In this document: positions 1 to 9,729 of the stretch, in pieces
Numbering within the stretch: position 1 is the stretch's first letter
How the letters are laid out: every line of letters starts with the position of its first letter
Assembly: GCA_033723415.1 (NCBI GenBank)
Contig: JAWVXD010000002.1
Coordinates: 64,001 to 128,000 of the forward strand
Reading direction: 5' to 3'
Origin: Sulfurospirillaceae bacterium
GTDB taxonomy: Bacteria; Campylobacterota; Campylobacteria; Campylobacterales; Sulfurospirillaceae
DNA: 64,000 bases
Program-made: the position numbers and the translations under genes
The notes under the pieces: generated by a model
Seen by the model: the letters and a program-made list of their open reading frames with translations, nothing else
Told to the model about the DNA's origin: nothing
Databases searched by the model: none

Positions 1-512
1 TGCAATTCATACTTGATCAAGATATCCTGCATATACTCCATCTTATAATTCGGGTGAAGATAAGTAAATTTTGATTGTGATGCAAAACCCTCTTTTTTCA
101 GGATCTTTGAAAGCTCCAATTCTTTATCCGGCTTAAGAGCATTTGTAAATAGTACGATCCAATTATTTTCATCATCTTGTTCATCATATGCATAAACACT
201 GTAATGAGCTTTAACAAACCTATCTATCGCGTAATTGCTAAGTGAATAGTAGCTCTCTCTACCAAATTTCTTAGAACTCAGCCAACCCTCTTTTGTAAGT
301 CTAAATATAGATGTTCTTGTCAGTTTTTCACTGATATCAAACTCTTCCATAAACTTTACCAAAGAACCTAGCCATATAGTGCCCCCATAAGGGAAAACAG
401 TATCACCGAAAAATGTGATTATCAAAGACTTTGCTTTTGGAGATATCTCTGCCAATAATGATTCTAGATATTCATCAACTTCATTTGAAGGATTATGGTT
501 TTTCAATTTCAT
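1..512 (-). CDS. paaX: PaaX phenylacetyl-CoA-responsive repressor (3' end runs off the window)
   Basis: Not in ORF track. Manual minus-strand translation gives MKLKNHNPSNEVDEYLESLLAEISPKAKSLIITFFGDTVFPYGGTIWLGSLVKFMEEFDISEKLTRTSIFRLTKEGWL, matching the PaaX N-terminus (SLIITxxGD, GGxIWLGSL, RTxxxRLxxEGWL). TTG at 506 is an alternative start. Confidence 0.9.
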   Translation of the reverse strand, partial: MKLKNHNPSNEVDEYLESLLAEISPKAKSLIITFFGDTVFPYGGTIWLGSLVKFMEEFDISEKLTRTSIFRLTKEGWLSSKKFGRESYYSLSNYAIDRFVKAHYSVYAYDEQDDENNWIVLFTNALKPDKELELSKILKKEGFASQSKFTYLHPNYKMEYMQDILIKYEL

Positions 513-583
513 TCCTAATTTTGTTTATTAAAATAATATTTTATCAAAGTTTTCAAAAAAGCATCATAAATAAGGCAACCTTG

Positions 584-1186
584 CTATTGAAAATAGGTTT
601 GATCGAAATTTTTTGCATCACTTTTTTGAATATACTCAGAAACATCCAGACCACAAATATTTTCTATGATCTTGCCTTCCTTTGCATCCCACAGCAAACC
701 TCTGGTAATAAACTCCAAAGTAGGTTCACTGTATCTTCTTGTACAATCTAGGAACTCTAATATATCGGTATGTATCGTATCTAGTTTTGTCACAAGATAA
801 AAATCACCTAATGAAAAAATATTATGATGATGCAAGCAATACTCAAAACTATCCATGCCCTCATAGATCAAGGCCGTATCCCAGAAATACAACGCATCTT
901 TGTAAATTTTGATTTGCAAAAAACCGTGTATCAGGATATGCCCATCAAGCTTATCGATCTCTCTTGCAAGATATAATATATCACCAATATTTAATTTTTT
1001 TTCTATTGCATACCCTCTTGTTGAATTATTGTAAGAAAATCCAAGTTCCACTAAACGGTTAGAATCAAAAACATAAGAGTTATCGGCAGGAGAAGTGTTA
1101 TTTTGTGCATTTATAACATTAGAGACAAAACTTGACACATCCACATCTTGTGTTTTCACATCAAGTTTTACCTCTAAATAATTCAT
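584..1186 (-). CDS. Hypothetical protein (200 aa) within paa operon
   Basis: Starts 3 nt after paaK stop, co-directional, fills the paaK-paaX gap; no family recognised. Confidence 0.75.
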   Translation of the reverse strand: MNYLEVKLDVKTQDVDVSSFVSNVINAQNNTSPADNSYVFDSNRLVELGFSYNNSTRGYAIEKKLNIGDILYLAREIDKLDGHILIHGFLQIKIYKDALYFWDTALIYEGMDSFEYCLHHHNIFSLGDFYLVTKLDTIHTDILEFLDCTRRYSEPTLEFITRGLLWDAKEGKIIENICGLDVSEYIQKSDAKNFDQTYFQ

Positions 1187-1189
1187 TTT

Positions 1190-2491
1190 TTATTTTTTCC
1201 TTTTGTCTACTACTCTTTGGGCTTTACCTTGACTTCTAGGAACTCCTCCTATAGGTTTTACATTTATCTTGACTGATATTCCGATACCTGATTTTATTTT
1301 GTGTATCAATGTTTTTGTAGCACTTTTTATATCTGCATCGCTTACATTTGCATTCGGCTCAATATCAATAGATAGATCATCCATATTACGTTCTCTGGTT
1401 ATTACCAATTGATAACATGGAGAAAATGCATTTATTTTTAGTAATATCTCTTCAATTTGAGAAGGAAATACGTTTACCCCGCGGATTATCATCATATCAT
1501 CCGTTCTTCCGGTGATTCGTTTCATCTTTCTCATATTTAACAAATCTCCATCATAAAGAGTGGATAGATCTTTTGTTCTATACCTGATTATAGGCAGTGC
1601 CTCTCTTGTCAAAGTTGTAAATACAAGCTCACCCTCTTCACCGTCAGGAAGTGGCTCAAAAGTATCTCTATCTACGATCTCCGGATAGAAACTATCTTCC
1701 CATACATAAAGATCTCCCCTATCTTCAAAAGATTCACAAGCCACGCCTGGTCCCATCATCTCAGAAAGACCATATATATCAATAGCAGCAATACCTACTT
1801 TTTCTTCAATCTTGTTTTTCATCTCGATCGACCAAGGTTCTGCTCCAAATATACCTATTTCAAGAGCAGTTTTTTTAGGATCTATCCCTCTGTTTTCCAT
1901 CTCTTCTATGATATTTAACATATATGAAGGAGTTACCATAATAATATTTGAGTTAAAATCGTTTAATAAAGTGACTTGCTTATCCGTAAAACCTCCTGAT
2001 GCAGGAACAACGGTACATCCAAGTCTTTCTGCCCCGTAATGAGCTCCTAGACCGCCTGTAAAAAGTCCATACCCATAAGAGACGTGAAGAATATCTCCTT
2101 TATGTCCGCCTGCCAATCTGATAGATCTGGCAACCAGATCCGACCAGGTATTTATATCATTTTGCGTATATCCTACAACTGTTGGTTTACCTGTCGTTCC
2201 ACTTGATGCATGAAGCCTCACGATATCGCTCATAGGTGTAGCAAAGAGTCCGAATGGATAATTCAATCTCAAGTCTTCTTTTGTAGTAAACGGAAATTTT
2301 TTAATATCTTCCAAAAAAGTAAAATCATCAGGATGTACTCCGTGTTCATCCCATTTTTTCTTGTAGTAAGGGACAAACGAATATGCTCTTAACAATGTAT
2401 TTTTCATCCTTCTGGTTTGAAGTGCTACCAGCTCATCTCTTGAAATAAGCTCTTGTGGTTCGTAGTTTACTATTCTTTTACTTTTTTCCAT
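1190..2491 (-). CDS. paaK: Phenylacetate-CoA ligase
   Basis: HASSGTTGKPTVVGYT, YGYGLFTGGLGAHYGAERLG, DIYGLSEMMGPGVA motifs; context. Confidence 0.95.
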   Translation of the reverse strand: MEKSKRIVNYEPQELISRDELVALQTRRMKNTLLRAYSFVPYYKKKWDEHGVHPDDFTFLEDIKKFPFTTKEDLRLNYPFGLFATPMSDIVRLHASSGTTGKPTVVGYTQNDINTWSDLVARSIRLAGGHKGDILHVSYGYGLFTGGLGAHYGAERLGCTVVPASGGFTDKQVTLLNDFNSNIIMVTPSYMLNIIEEMENRGIDPKKTALEIGIFGAEPWSIEMKNKIEEKVGIAAIDIYGLSEMMGPGVACESFEDRGDLYVWEDSFYPEIVDRDTFEPLPDGEEGELVFTTLTREALPIIRYRTKDLSTLYDGDLLNMRKMKRITGRTDDMMIIRGVNVFPSQIEEILLKINAFSPCYQLVITRERNMDDLSIDIEPNANVSDADIKSATKTLIHKIKSGIGISVKINVKPIGGVPRSQGKAQRVVDKRKK

Positions 2492-2494
2492 TTT

Positions 2495-3718
2495 CTACTC
2501 CTTACTTGTATTTAAATTTTCTATGATCATCGAGATGCCCTGCCCCACACCTATACACATAGAACACAGTCCATATCTGCCATTTGTCTCTTCCAATTGG
2601 TTAAGTGCAGTCATGACAAGTCTTGCCCCGCTCATACCAAGAGGATGTCCGATCGAAATCGCTCCACCGTTTGGATTGACTTTTGCTTCATCATCCTTTA
2701 ATCCCAATCCTCTAATCGTTGCTAAAGACTGTGATGCAAAGGCTTCATTGAGTTCAAAAACATCCATATCATCTAAACTCATACCGCTCTTTTTCAAAAT
2801 CTTTTGTGTTGAATACAACGGACCCATACCCATGATCCTAGGTGGTACACCTGCAACCGCACCCATTATGATCTTTGCTCTTGGTTTTAAATTATATCTT
2901 TTTACAGCATCACTTGATGCTATGATGAAAGCTGCCGCACCGTCATTTACTCCAGATGCATTACCTGCAGTAACACTTCCGTTCTCTTTAGCAAACGGTG
3001 CCCTTAGAGTTCCTAAAACCTCTAACGTAGTGTTCGGTTTTGGAAATTCATCGCTTTCGACTATCAGATCTTCTTGTTTTTTTCTTTTTACTAAAACAGG
3101 GACTATCTCTTTTTTGAAAAAACCTCTCTCGGTAGCGGCTTTACATTTCATCTGCGAATTGTAAGCAAATTTATCCTGATCTTCTCTTGTGATACCAAAT
3201 TCTTTTGCTACATTTTCAGCAGTTTCAGGCATAGATTCTGAACCATACTGTTCTTGAAGTTTAGGATTTATAAATCTCCAGCCTATAGTTGTATCATATA
3301 CAGCATTTGCTCTAGTAAATGCGCTCTCTGCTTTTGGCATGACAAAAGGTGCTCTTGACATAGACTCTATCCCGCCTGCTATGATGAGATCACACTCTCC
3401 TGTTTTAATGCTTCTTGCAGCCATAGAGATAGCATCCATCCCGGAACCGCACAATCGATTTATCGTTGTACCGCCACTTTGATGGGGAAGTCCTGCCAAA
3501 AGTGATGCCATCCTAGCAACATTTCTATTGTCTTCTCCTGCTTGGTTTGCACAACCCATAATCACATCGTCAACTTCTTCAAAATTTATCGTAGGATTAT
3601 TTTCCATCAGATATTTGATAGTAATAGCACCTAAGTCATCAGGTCTTATAGAAGATAAAACACCGCCGTATGCACCGACTGGAGTACGTATATAGTCAAT
3701 AATATATGCTTCATTCAT
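2495..3718 (-). CDS. paaJ: 3-oxoadipyl-CoA/3-oxo-5,6-dehydrosuberyl-CoA thiolase
   Basis: GCANQAGEDNRNVARM, NRLCGSG, GHPLGMSG, CIGVGQG (PaaJ/PcaF type). Confidence 0.92.
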   Translation of the reverse strand: MNEAYIIDYIRTPVGAYGGVLSSIRPDDLGAITIKYLMENNPTINFEEVDDVIMGCANQAGEDNRNVARMASLLAGLPHQSGGTTINRLCGSGMDAISMAARSIKTGECDLIIAGGIESMSRAPFVMPKAESAFTRANAVYDTTIGWRFINPKLQEQYGSESMPETAENVAKEFGITREDQDKFAYNSQMKCKAATERGFFKKEIVPVLVKRKKQEDLIVESDEFPKPNTTLEVLGTLRAPFAKENGSVTAGNASGVNDGAAAFIIASSDAVKRYNLKPRAKIIMGAVAGVPPRIMGMGPLYSTQKILKKSGMSLDDMDVFELNEAFASQSLATIRGLGLKDDEAKVNPNGGAISIGHPLGMSGARLVMTALNQLEETNGRYGLCSMCIGVGQGISMIIENLNTSKE

Positions 3719-4161
3719 TTGATATCCTTTAATTGTTCCGCGCTAAGAATTGAGCCTGAAACTGCGCGAGATTTACCTACAAACATGGCTATTGTCTCAT
3801 CATTTTGATTTGTCACTTTGATGTCGTAGATACCGTTTCTGCCCTCCAGATGTTTTTCAACTCCAACGGCAGTCAATACATCCCCCTCAAAGGCAGGTTT
3901 TACAAATGTAATATCACAGGCAAACGCAACGGTCGGTACATTTCTGCCATTACAAGCATAAGCAAATGCCGCGTCGGCAAAAGAAAATATAGCACCGCCT
4001 TGACAAGTCCTGTGTCCGTTTAACATAAATTCCTGAACAGGCATAACAAGCTTTGCATATCCGACATCTACATCAACGATCTTTGCGCCTAGATGATTTT
4101 CGAACATCGCCTTTTCATTCAGAACTTTTACACACGTTTTAGCTAATTCTTTTTCATTCAT
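3715..4161 (-). CDS. paaI: Hydroxyphenylacetyl-CoA thioesterase PaaI
   Basis: MLNGHRTCQGGAIFSFADAAFAYACN hotdog-fold motif. Confidence 0.92.
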   Translation of the reverse strand: MNEKELAKTCVKVLNEKAMFENHLGAKIVDVDVGYAKLVMPVQEFMLNGHRTCQGGAIFSFADAAFAYACNGRNVPTVAFACDITFVKPAFEGDVLTAVGVEKHLEGRNGIYDIKVTNQNDETIAMFVGKSRAVSGSILSAEQLKDIK

Positions 4162-5674
4162 AATATTTACTTCCTATTAAATTTTTTTCGATCAAACCTC
4201 TATCAACTCTGTATCTCGAATCTTTATAAAAAGCTTCTAATCTATCTAAGGCAGTAACTATAAAATCAACACCTAATTTATCTGCCCATTTAAACGGTCC
4301 TATAGGGTAATTTACACCGTTTTCCATAGCGACATCGGCACTTGGAATATCACATACTCCGTTTGTTACGGCAGAAGAAGCTTCATTTACAAGCATACAA
4401 ACCGTTCTCATCATGACAAGAGCCGGAGAATCTTTCACAATCAATGTTTTTTTGCCTATTTTTGCAAATAATGCTGCTACTTCGGAAGATACATTTTCAT
4501 CTGCCAATAAAGAAGAAGCAATCGTCAAGTATTGGGTATCCTCATAATTTATATTGATATCAAATTGTACGATATTATTAAATTTAGTTTCTTTTGAAAT
4601 TTCACTAGCCATTTTTCCATTTGTCAAATACAATCTTGTTTGATTGAATTCTATAAAGCCATCGCCTTGCGTTTTGGTGATCTTGATACCTGCATCCTCA
4701 AACATTGAAACCAAAGTGTTCGCAATCCCTAGATCTCCACATATTGAGATCTCATCGATCTTGATATTTGATGGGAGAACCAAAGATATCTCATCTCTGC
4801 CATTTTGCTTGCCTTGGGTATAGGTATAAAAACCCGCTTCTGACTTGCGACCTAACAATCCTGCTTGTGAATATTCCTGTTGTGTGAGTGAAGGTTTAAA
4901 CCTAGGATCTTGATAGTATGAATTAAAAGTAGACTCCGTTACGGCATAATTTGTATCGTTTCCGATCAAGTCCATCAACTCAAACGGTCCCATTCTAAAC
5001 TTCCCTGAACTTCTCACGATCTCATCAATCGTGGCAAAATCAGATACACCTTCTTCGTAAACTCTTAGAGCTTCGGCATAAAATGGTCTTGCTATTCGAT
5101 TGACTATAAAACCTGGACTTGATTTGACATAGACAGCTTTTTTACCCCAAGAGAGAGCAAGAGCATAAACATCTTCAACGATCTTCCTGTCACTTTGTAA
5201 TCCAGAGATTACTTCCACAAGTTTCATAATGGGTGCCGGGTTAAAAAAATGAAGTCCTAATATATTTTGTGGTCTTTTCATCCCGTTTGCTAAAGCTGAA
5301 ATGGATATAGAAGAGGTATTTGATGCTATGACAACATCACTGCAGATTTCTTCTAAGCTCTTAAATAGATTTTGTTTTATCTCCAAATTTTCGATTATCG
5401 CTTCTATGATCAGATCACATCCTGCCAAATCGTTGATATCCATGGTAGGTTTGATCAGTGAAATCGTCTTATCTTTTTCTTCTTGAGATATTTTGCCTTT
5501 TTTGACAAGTTTGGCTAGCTCTTGTTCATTGATCTTCATAGCGTTATCTACTGCACCATCCCAATTGTCATATAAAACTACGGAGTGATTGCATCTAGCT
5601 ACGACTTGAGCGATGCCTCGTCCCATGATCCCTGCTCCGACGATGCCTATACGAGAATTTTTGTCTATTTTCAT
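4154..5674 (-). CDS. paaH: 3-hydroxyadipyl-CoA dehydrogenase
   Basis: GAGIMGRGIA Rossmann motif, SNTSSIS, GLHFFNPAP, duplicated C-terminal domain. Confidence 0.92.
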   Translation of the reverse strand: MKIDKNSRIGIVGAGIMGRGIAQVVARCNHSVVLYDNWDGAVDNAMKINEQELAKLVKKGKISQEEKDKTISLIKPTMDINDLAGCDLIIEAIIENLEIKQNLFKSLEEICSDVVIASNTSSISISALANGMKRPQNILGLHFFNPAPIMKLVEVISGLQSDRKIVEDVYALALSWGKKAVYVKSSPGFIVNRIARPFYAEALRVYEEGVSDFATIDEIVRSSGKFRMGPFELMDLIGNDTNYAVTESTFNSYYQDPRFKPSLTQQEYSQAGLLGRKSEAGFYTYTQGKQNGRDEISLVLPSNIKIDEISICGDLGIANTLVSMFEDAGIKITKTQGDGFIEFNQTRLYLTNGKMASEISKETKFNNIVQFDININYEDTQYLTIASSLLADENVSSEVAALFAKIGKKTLIVKDSPALVMMRTVCMLVNEASSAVTNGVCDIPSADVAMENGVNYPIGPFKWADKLGVDFIVTALDRLEAFYKDSRYRVDRGLIEKNLIGSKYYE

Positions 5675-5675
5675 T

Positions 5676-6467
5676 TTAGTTTCCTTGAAAGTCGGGTGTG
5701 CGTTTTTCTAAAAATGCAGCAACCCCTTCTTTGTAATCATTGGAATATCCGGCAAGTCTTTGGAAATTTTTCTCTACCTCCAATTGTTCATCTAACGAAT
5801 TTCCCATAGATTCGTTTAATTCTTTTTTTATAAGAGATAATCCGTAAGTCGGAGCTTTTGACAGCTGAATTGCAAACTTTGATACTTCTTCGTCTATACT
5901 CTCTTTTGGATAAACTTTAGAGATCAGACCATATTCTAACGCTGTTGCTGCGCTTAATTTGTCACCTAACATACAAAGCTCTTTTGCTCGAGCCATACCT
6001 ATAAGGCGTGGCAAGAAATAACTTATTCCACTGTCAGGTACTAAACCTATCTTACAAAAAGCTTGTATAAATGATGCGCTGTCTACAGAGATGATAAAAT
6101 CGCATGCTAACGCGATGCCGACACCTGCCCCTGCTGCAACCCCGTTGATCTTGCAAATCACAGGGATTTCCAAATTATAGATAGATTTTATGAGTGGGTT
6201 GTATTTTTTTTCGATGGATTCACCAAGATCAAGTTTTTCATCTTTGCTATTGACAGATCTGTCATTGAGATCCTGTCCTGCGCAAAATGCTCTGCCTTCA
6301 CCCGTGATCACCAAAACTCTGATTGATTTATCATTTTTTATTTTAAATAATACATCTTTGAGTTCTTCATGCATGATCTCGTTTAGGGAATTAAAAACTT
6401 CCGGTCTATTTAACGTTAAAGTTGCGATGCTTTGTTCTATTTCAAATCTGATTGTAGTATATGACAT
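5676..6467 (-). CDS. paaG: 1,2-epoxyphenylacetyl-CoA isomerase
   Basis: Crotonase fold with RAFCAGQDL, YNPLI, AAGAG, GLVPDSG (PaaG catalytic Asp). Confidence 0.92.
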   Translation of the reverse strand: MSYTTIRFEIEQSIATLTLNRPEVFNSLNEIMHEELKDVLFKIKNDKSIRVLVITGEGRAFCAGQDLNDRSVNSKDEKLDLGESIEKKYNPLIKSIYNLEIPVICKINGVAAGAGVGIALACDFIISVDSASFIQAFCKIGLVPDSGISYFLPRLIGMARAKELCMLGDKLSAATALEYGLISKVYPKESIDEEVSKFAIQLSKAPTYGLSLIKKELNESMGNSLDEQLEVEKNFQRLAGYSNDYKEGVAAFLEKRTPDFQGN

Positions 6468-7237
6468 TATTTTCCCTTAAAAATTGGTTTTCTTTTCTCT
6501 TTAAATGCTGCTATTCCTTCTTTTTTATCTTCAGTTGAGAGAAGACCTGAAAAAAGCATTTTTTCATATTTTAAAGACGCTCCTAATCCACTTTCATAGG
6601 ATTCCAAAACTGCACTTTTTATTGCACTTACCGCCAGTGTCGATTTTGATGCGATTACACTCGCGAGTTCAAGAGCTCTTTTCATAGTGTTTTGAGGATC
6701 CACTACTTCTGATACAAGATTCATATCTTGTGCCTTTTTCGCATCTATGAATGTACCGCTTAAAAGCATAAGCATAGCATTTGATTTACCTATAGTTCTA
6801 ACCGTTCTTTGAGTTCCTCCTGCTCCTGGCATAATCCCCAGATTCACCTCAGGTTGAGCAAACTGTGCATTTTCTCCTGCTATGATAATATCGCAATGCA
6901 TAGCCAACTCACAACCGCCTCCCAAACAAAAACCATTGACTGCCGCTATGATAGGTCGTTTATAATTTTTGATACTTTCCCAATAACCGGTTCTAACATC
7001 ATTTAATGATTCTAACGTTCCTTTTGCTTCTAATTCATTTATATCAGCACCTGCTGCGAAGACTTTTTCACCTCCTGTTAACACGACACAATTAATTTTA
7101 TCCATATACTCATAAAGCACCTGCGATATCTCTTTTAGTGTTTCAGTTCTTAGTGCATTGTAAACTTCATTTCTACTCAAGGTTATGACGAGTATATTAT
7201 CGTTTTCAACCGTTATTTTTATATCTTTAAAACTCAT
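6467..7237 (-). CDS. paaF: 2,3-dehydroadipyl-CoA hydratase
   Basis: FAAGADI, GGGCELAMHCD, QPEVNLGIMPGAGGTQR. Confidence 0.9.
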   Translation of the reverse strand: MSFKDIKITVENDNILVITLSRNEVYNALRTETLKEISQVLYEYMDKINCVVLTGGEKVFAAGADINELEAKGTLESLNDVRTGYWESIKNYKRPIIAAVNGFCLGGGCELAMHCDIIIAGENAQFAQPEVNLGIMPGAGGTQRTVRTIGKSNAMLMLLSGTFIDAKKAQDMNLVSEVVDPQNTMKRALELASVIASKSTLAVSAIKSAVLESYESGLGASLKYEKMLFSGLLSTEDKKEGIAAFKEKRKPIFKGK

Positions 7238-7260
7238 TTCATCCCTTTATTTAAAAAACG

Positions 7261-7299
7261 TATTTCAACTTTCTTGCAAAAAGTTTAACAAATGTAATA
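7261..7299. promoter_or_regulatory. Candidate PaaX operator 1 (TATTTCAA-N23-ATGTAATA) over the paaF promoter
   Basis: Same arms and spacing as 9689-9727 and 10928-10966; minus-strand extended -10 TGTTAAACT lies in the spacer. Confidence 0.6.
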
Positions 7300-7401
7300 T
7301 TTATAAAAGCTTAAAAAAAATGCGATTTTTAAGGAATTTAATATATTATTAATAAAATATATACTAATATTTCTATAAACATAATACACTAAAGGATTAA
7401 A

Positions 7402-9057
7402 ATGAGTCTTTTTGAGAAGCATAATAAAACTCTAAATAGAGCGCTGGAAGAAATAAGCAACAGAGGTTTTTGGTCACCATACTTTGAAATACCGAGTTCT
7501 AAAGTTTATGGAGAAGATGCAAAAGAAAAAGCAAATGAGTCTTTTAAGTCCCAATTAGGTAAAAAATTTGAGATAAAAGGGTTAGAAAGTAACACTTATC
7601 TAGGTTCAGAAATCTCACCTTATGGTTTTGATCTAAATATTACATACCCTGCTATAAATTCTGACAAATTAGTAGAAGATTCACTGACTGCTATGAATCA
7701 GTGGAAAAAAATATCTCTCGATGAGCGAGCCGGAATCTGTTTGGAAATTTTGGATCGTTTAAATAAAAAAAGCTTTGAGATGGCAAATGCAGTGATGCAC
7801 ACTACGGGACAACCTTATGTCATGTCTTTTCAAGCAGGCGGCCCTCATGCGCAAGATAGAGGTCTTGAAGCACTTGCATATACATATAGACAATTGAAGA
7901 ATATTCCTACACAAGCTCGTTTTGAAAAGCCTATGGGGAAAAATCCTCCAATCGTCATGAACAAGAAATTCGTAGTTGTTCCAAAGGGAATATCAGTGAT
8001 CATCACTTGTTCTACCTTCCCGACTTGGAATTCATACTCTGCACTTTTTGCCTCACTCCTTGCTTGTAACTCTATAATTTATAAGCCTCATAGCAGTGTA
8101 ATCCTGCCTATAGCCTTAACCTTGAAAACAGCAAGAGAAGTACTGGAGGAAAATGGGATCAACCCTAATTTGATCTCTATGATAATAAGCGATGATCGAA
8201 GTGAAACTCAAAATCTTGTCAAAAATAAAAATGTAAAAATTATAGACTTTACAGGAAGTACCGGATTTGGCGACTGGTTAGAAGAAAATGCCAAACAAGC
8301 AAATGTCTACACGGAAAAAGCAGGAGTTAACTGTATTTTAGTAGATAACTTCAATGACCTTAAAGCGATGGGAAGAAATATGTCATTGGCTCTTAGTCTG
8401 TATTCTTCTCAAATGTGTACGGCACCTCAAAATATCTTTATTCCAAAAGACGGAATAATCTCAAATGGAGAAAAAGTGTCATTTCAAGAAGTTGCAGATA
8501 TCATCACGGGAAGTGTTGAAAAACTTCTATCCGTGGACGAGAGGGCTGTAGAGATCTTGGGTGCAATCCAAAATGATGGAATCTGCCAAAGGGTCAAAGA
8601 CGCAAACAAGCTTGGTGAGATTTTATTACCCTCAAAAGATATAAAGCATCCGCAATATGAAAATGCCACCGTAAAAACACCGGCGATCGTAAAAGTTTCG
8701 TCCAAAGATAAAAACTTGTACCAATCAGAGCATTTTGGCCCTGTGATTTTATTGATAGAAACAGACTCGAGAGAAGATTCACTTAATGTGTGGCAAGATA
8801 CTATAGCCGAGCATGGTGCGATCACTGCGGGAGTTTACAGTTCAGATGAAAGTTTTATAGAAGAAGTTGAAGATATAGCAATCAATGAAAAAGTAAATCT
8901 GTCAGTAAATCTAGTCGGCAATGTCCTTATCAATCATTCTGCTGCTTTTACCGATTTTCATGCCACAGGAGATAACAAAGCGGCAAATTGTGCGCTTTCA
9001 AATGAAAATTTTGTTTCAGGTAGATATTCTATTGTTACTATAAAAAGGGATGCATGA
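7402..9057 (+). CDS. paaN: Phenylacetic acid degradation aldehyde dehydrogenase PaaN
   Basis: HTTGQPYVMSFQAGGPHAQDRGLEA, CSTFPTWN, TEKAGVN, SQMCTAPQN; ALDH only, no MaoC domain. Confidence 0.92.
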   Translation: MSLFEKHNKTLNRALEEISNRGFWSPYFEIPSSKVYGEDAKEKANESFKSQLGKKFEIKGLESNTYLGSEISPYGFDLNITYPAINSDKLVEDSLTAMNQWKKISLDERAGICLEILDRLNKKSFEMANAVMHTTGQPYVMSFQAGGPHAQDRGLEALAYTYRQLKNIPTQARFEKPMGKNPPIVMNKKFVVVPKGISVIITCSTFPTWNSYSALFASLLACNSIIYKPHSSVILPIALTLKTAREVLEENGINPNLISMIISDDRSETQNLVKNKNVKIIDFTGSTGFGDWLEENAKQANVYTEKAGVNCILVDNFNDLKAMGRNMSLALSLYSSQMCTAPQNIFIPKDGIISNGEKVSFQEVADIITGSVEKLLSVDERAVEILGAIQNDGICQRVKDANKLGEILLPSKDIKHPQYENATVKTPAIVKVSSKDKNLYQSEHFGPVILLIETDSREDSLNVWQDTIAEHGAITAGVYSSDESFIEEVEDIAINEKVNLSVNLVGNVLINHSAAFTDFHATGDNKAANCALSNENFVSGRYSIVTIKRDA

Positions 9058-9653
9058 TGCAAATCTATAAAATAGACAATATGGTTCCTGTCATCAGCAA
9101 AAAAGCTTTTGTTCACGAAAGTGCCGTAATAATCGGAGATGTATTTATAGATGAGGGCGTTTATATAGGTCCTCTATGTTCTATAAGAGGTGACTTTGGA
9201 AGAATTATCATCAACAAAAATGCAAATATCCAGGATTGCTGTGTAATACACTCTTTTCCTCATTTAGATGTAATTGTAGAAGAAAACGGTCACATAGGAC
9301 ACAGTGTTATATTACATGGATGTGTAGTAAAGTACAATGCTATGGTAGGCATGGGCAGTGTTGTCATGGATGAAGCAGTAGTCGGAGAAAACTCAATCAT
9401 TGGGGCATCTTCACTTATTCCTTCAAAAACCATCATCCCTGACAATCATATGGCTTTTGGCAATCCTGTCAAAGTAAGAAGAGAATTAAGACAAGAAGAG
9501 ATAGATTGGAAGACCAAAGGGACAAAGGCTTACGTTGATCTAGCATATAATTGTATTGATAATCTTGAGAAGTGTGAACCGCTAAAAGAATCAAGTGAAG
9601 AAAGAGATGCTATAAGATGTCAAATGAGCTTCAAAACTAAATACTCTTTATAA
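9054..9653 (+). CDS. paaY: PaaY gamma-carbonic-anhydrase-family protein
   Basis: RGDFGRI, NIQDCCVIH, GHIGH..LHGC hexapeptide repeats; overlaps paaN stop. Confidence 0.88.
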   Translation: MMQIYKIDNMVPVISKKAFVHESAVIIGDVFIDEGVYIGPLCSIRGDFGRIIINKNANIQDCCVIHSFPHLDVIVEENGHIGHSVILHGCVVKYNAMVGMGSVVMDEAVVGENSIIGASSLIPSKTIIPDNHMAFGNPVKVRRELRQEEIDWKTKGTKAYVDLAYNCIDNLEKCEPLKESSEERDAIRCQMSFKTKYSL

Positions 9654-9657
9654 AATT

Positions 9658-9690
9658 TAGATTGTAAGATTTTTTAAATCTTACAATCTA
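9658..9690. terminator. Probable bidirectional terminator
   Basis: Perfect 15-bp inverted repeat TAGATTGTAAGATTT-TTT-AAATCTTACAATCTA between convergent genes. Confidence 0.75.
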
Positions 9691-9727
9691 TTACATGAAA
9701 ACACTATAATAAATAAAACATGTAATG
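9689..9727. promoter_or_regulatory. Candidate PaaX operator 2 (TATTACAT-N23-ATGTAATG)
   Basis: Motif recurrence with exact spacing; TATAAT at 9705-9710 in the spacer. Confidence 0.5.
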
Positions 9728-9729
9728 AA

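Noticed and set aside
431..751. 106-aa plus-strand ORF
   Set aside because: Antisense to paaX and the orphan gene; no RBS or family features
2523..3164. 213-aa plus-strand ORF, and the many similar shadow ORFs in the track
   Set aside because: Lies antisense inside a well-supported gene (paaJ); typical artefact of codon bias
7347..7386. Possible fourth PaaX site before paaN (TATTAATA-N24-ACATAATA)
   Set aside because: Spacing is off by one and the arms are degenerate in almost pure A/T sequence
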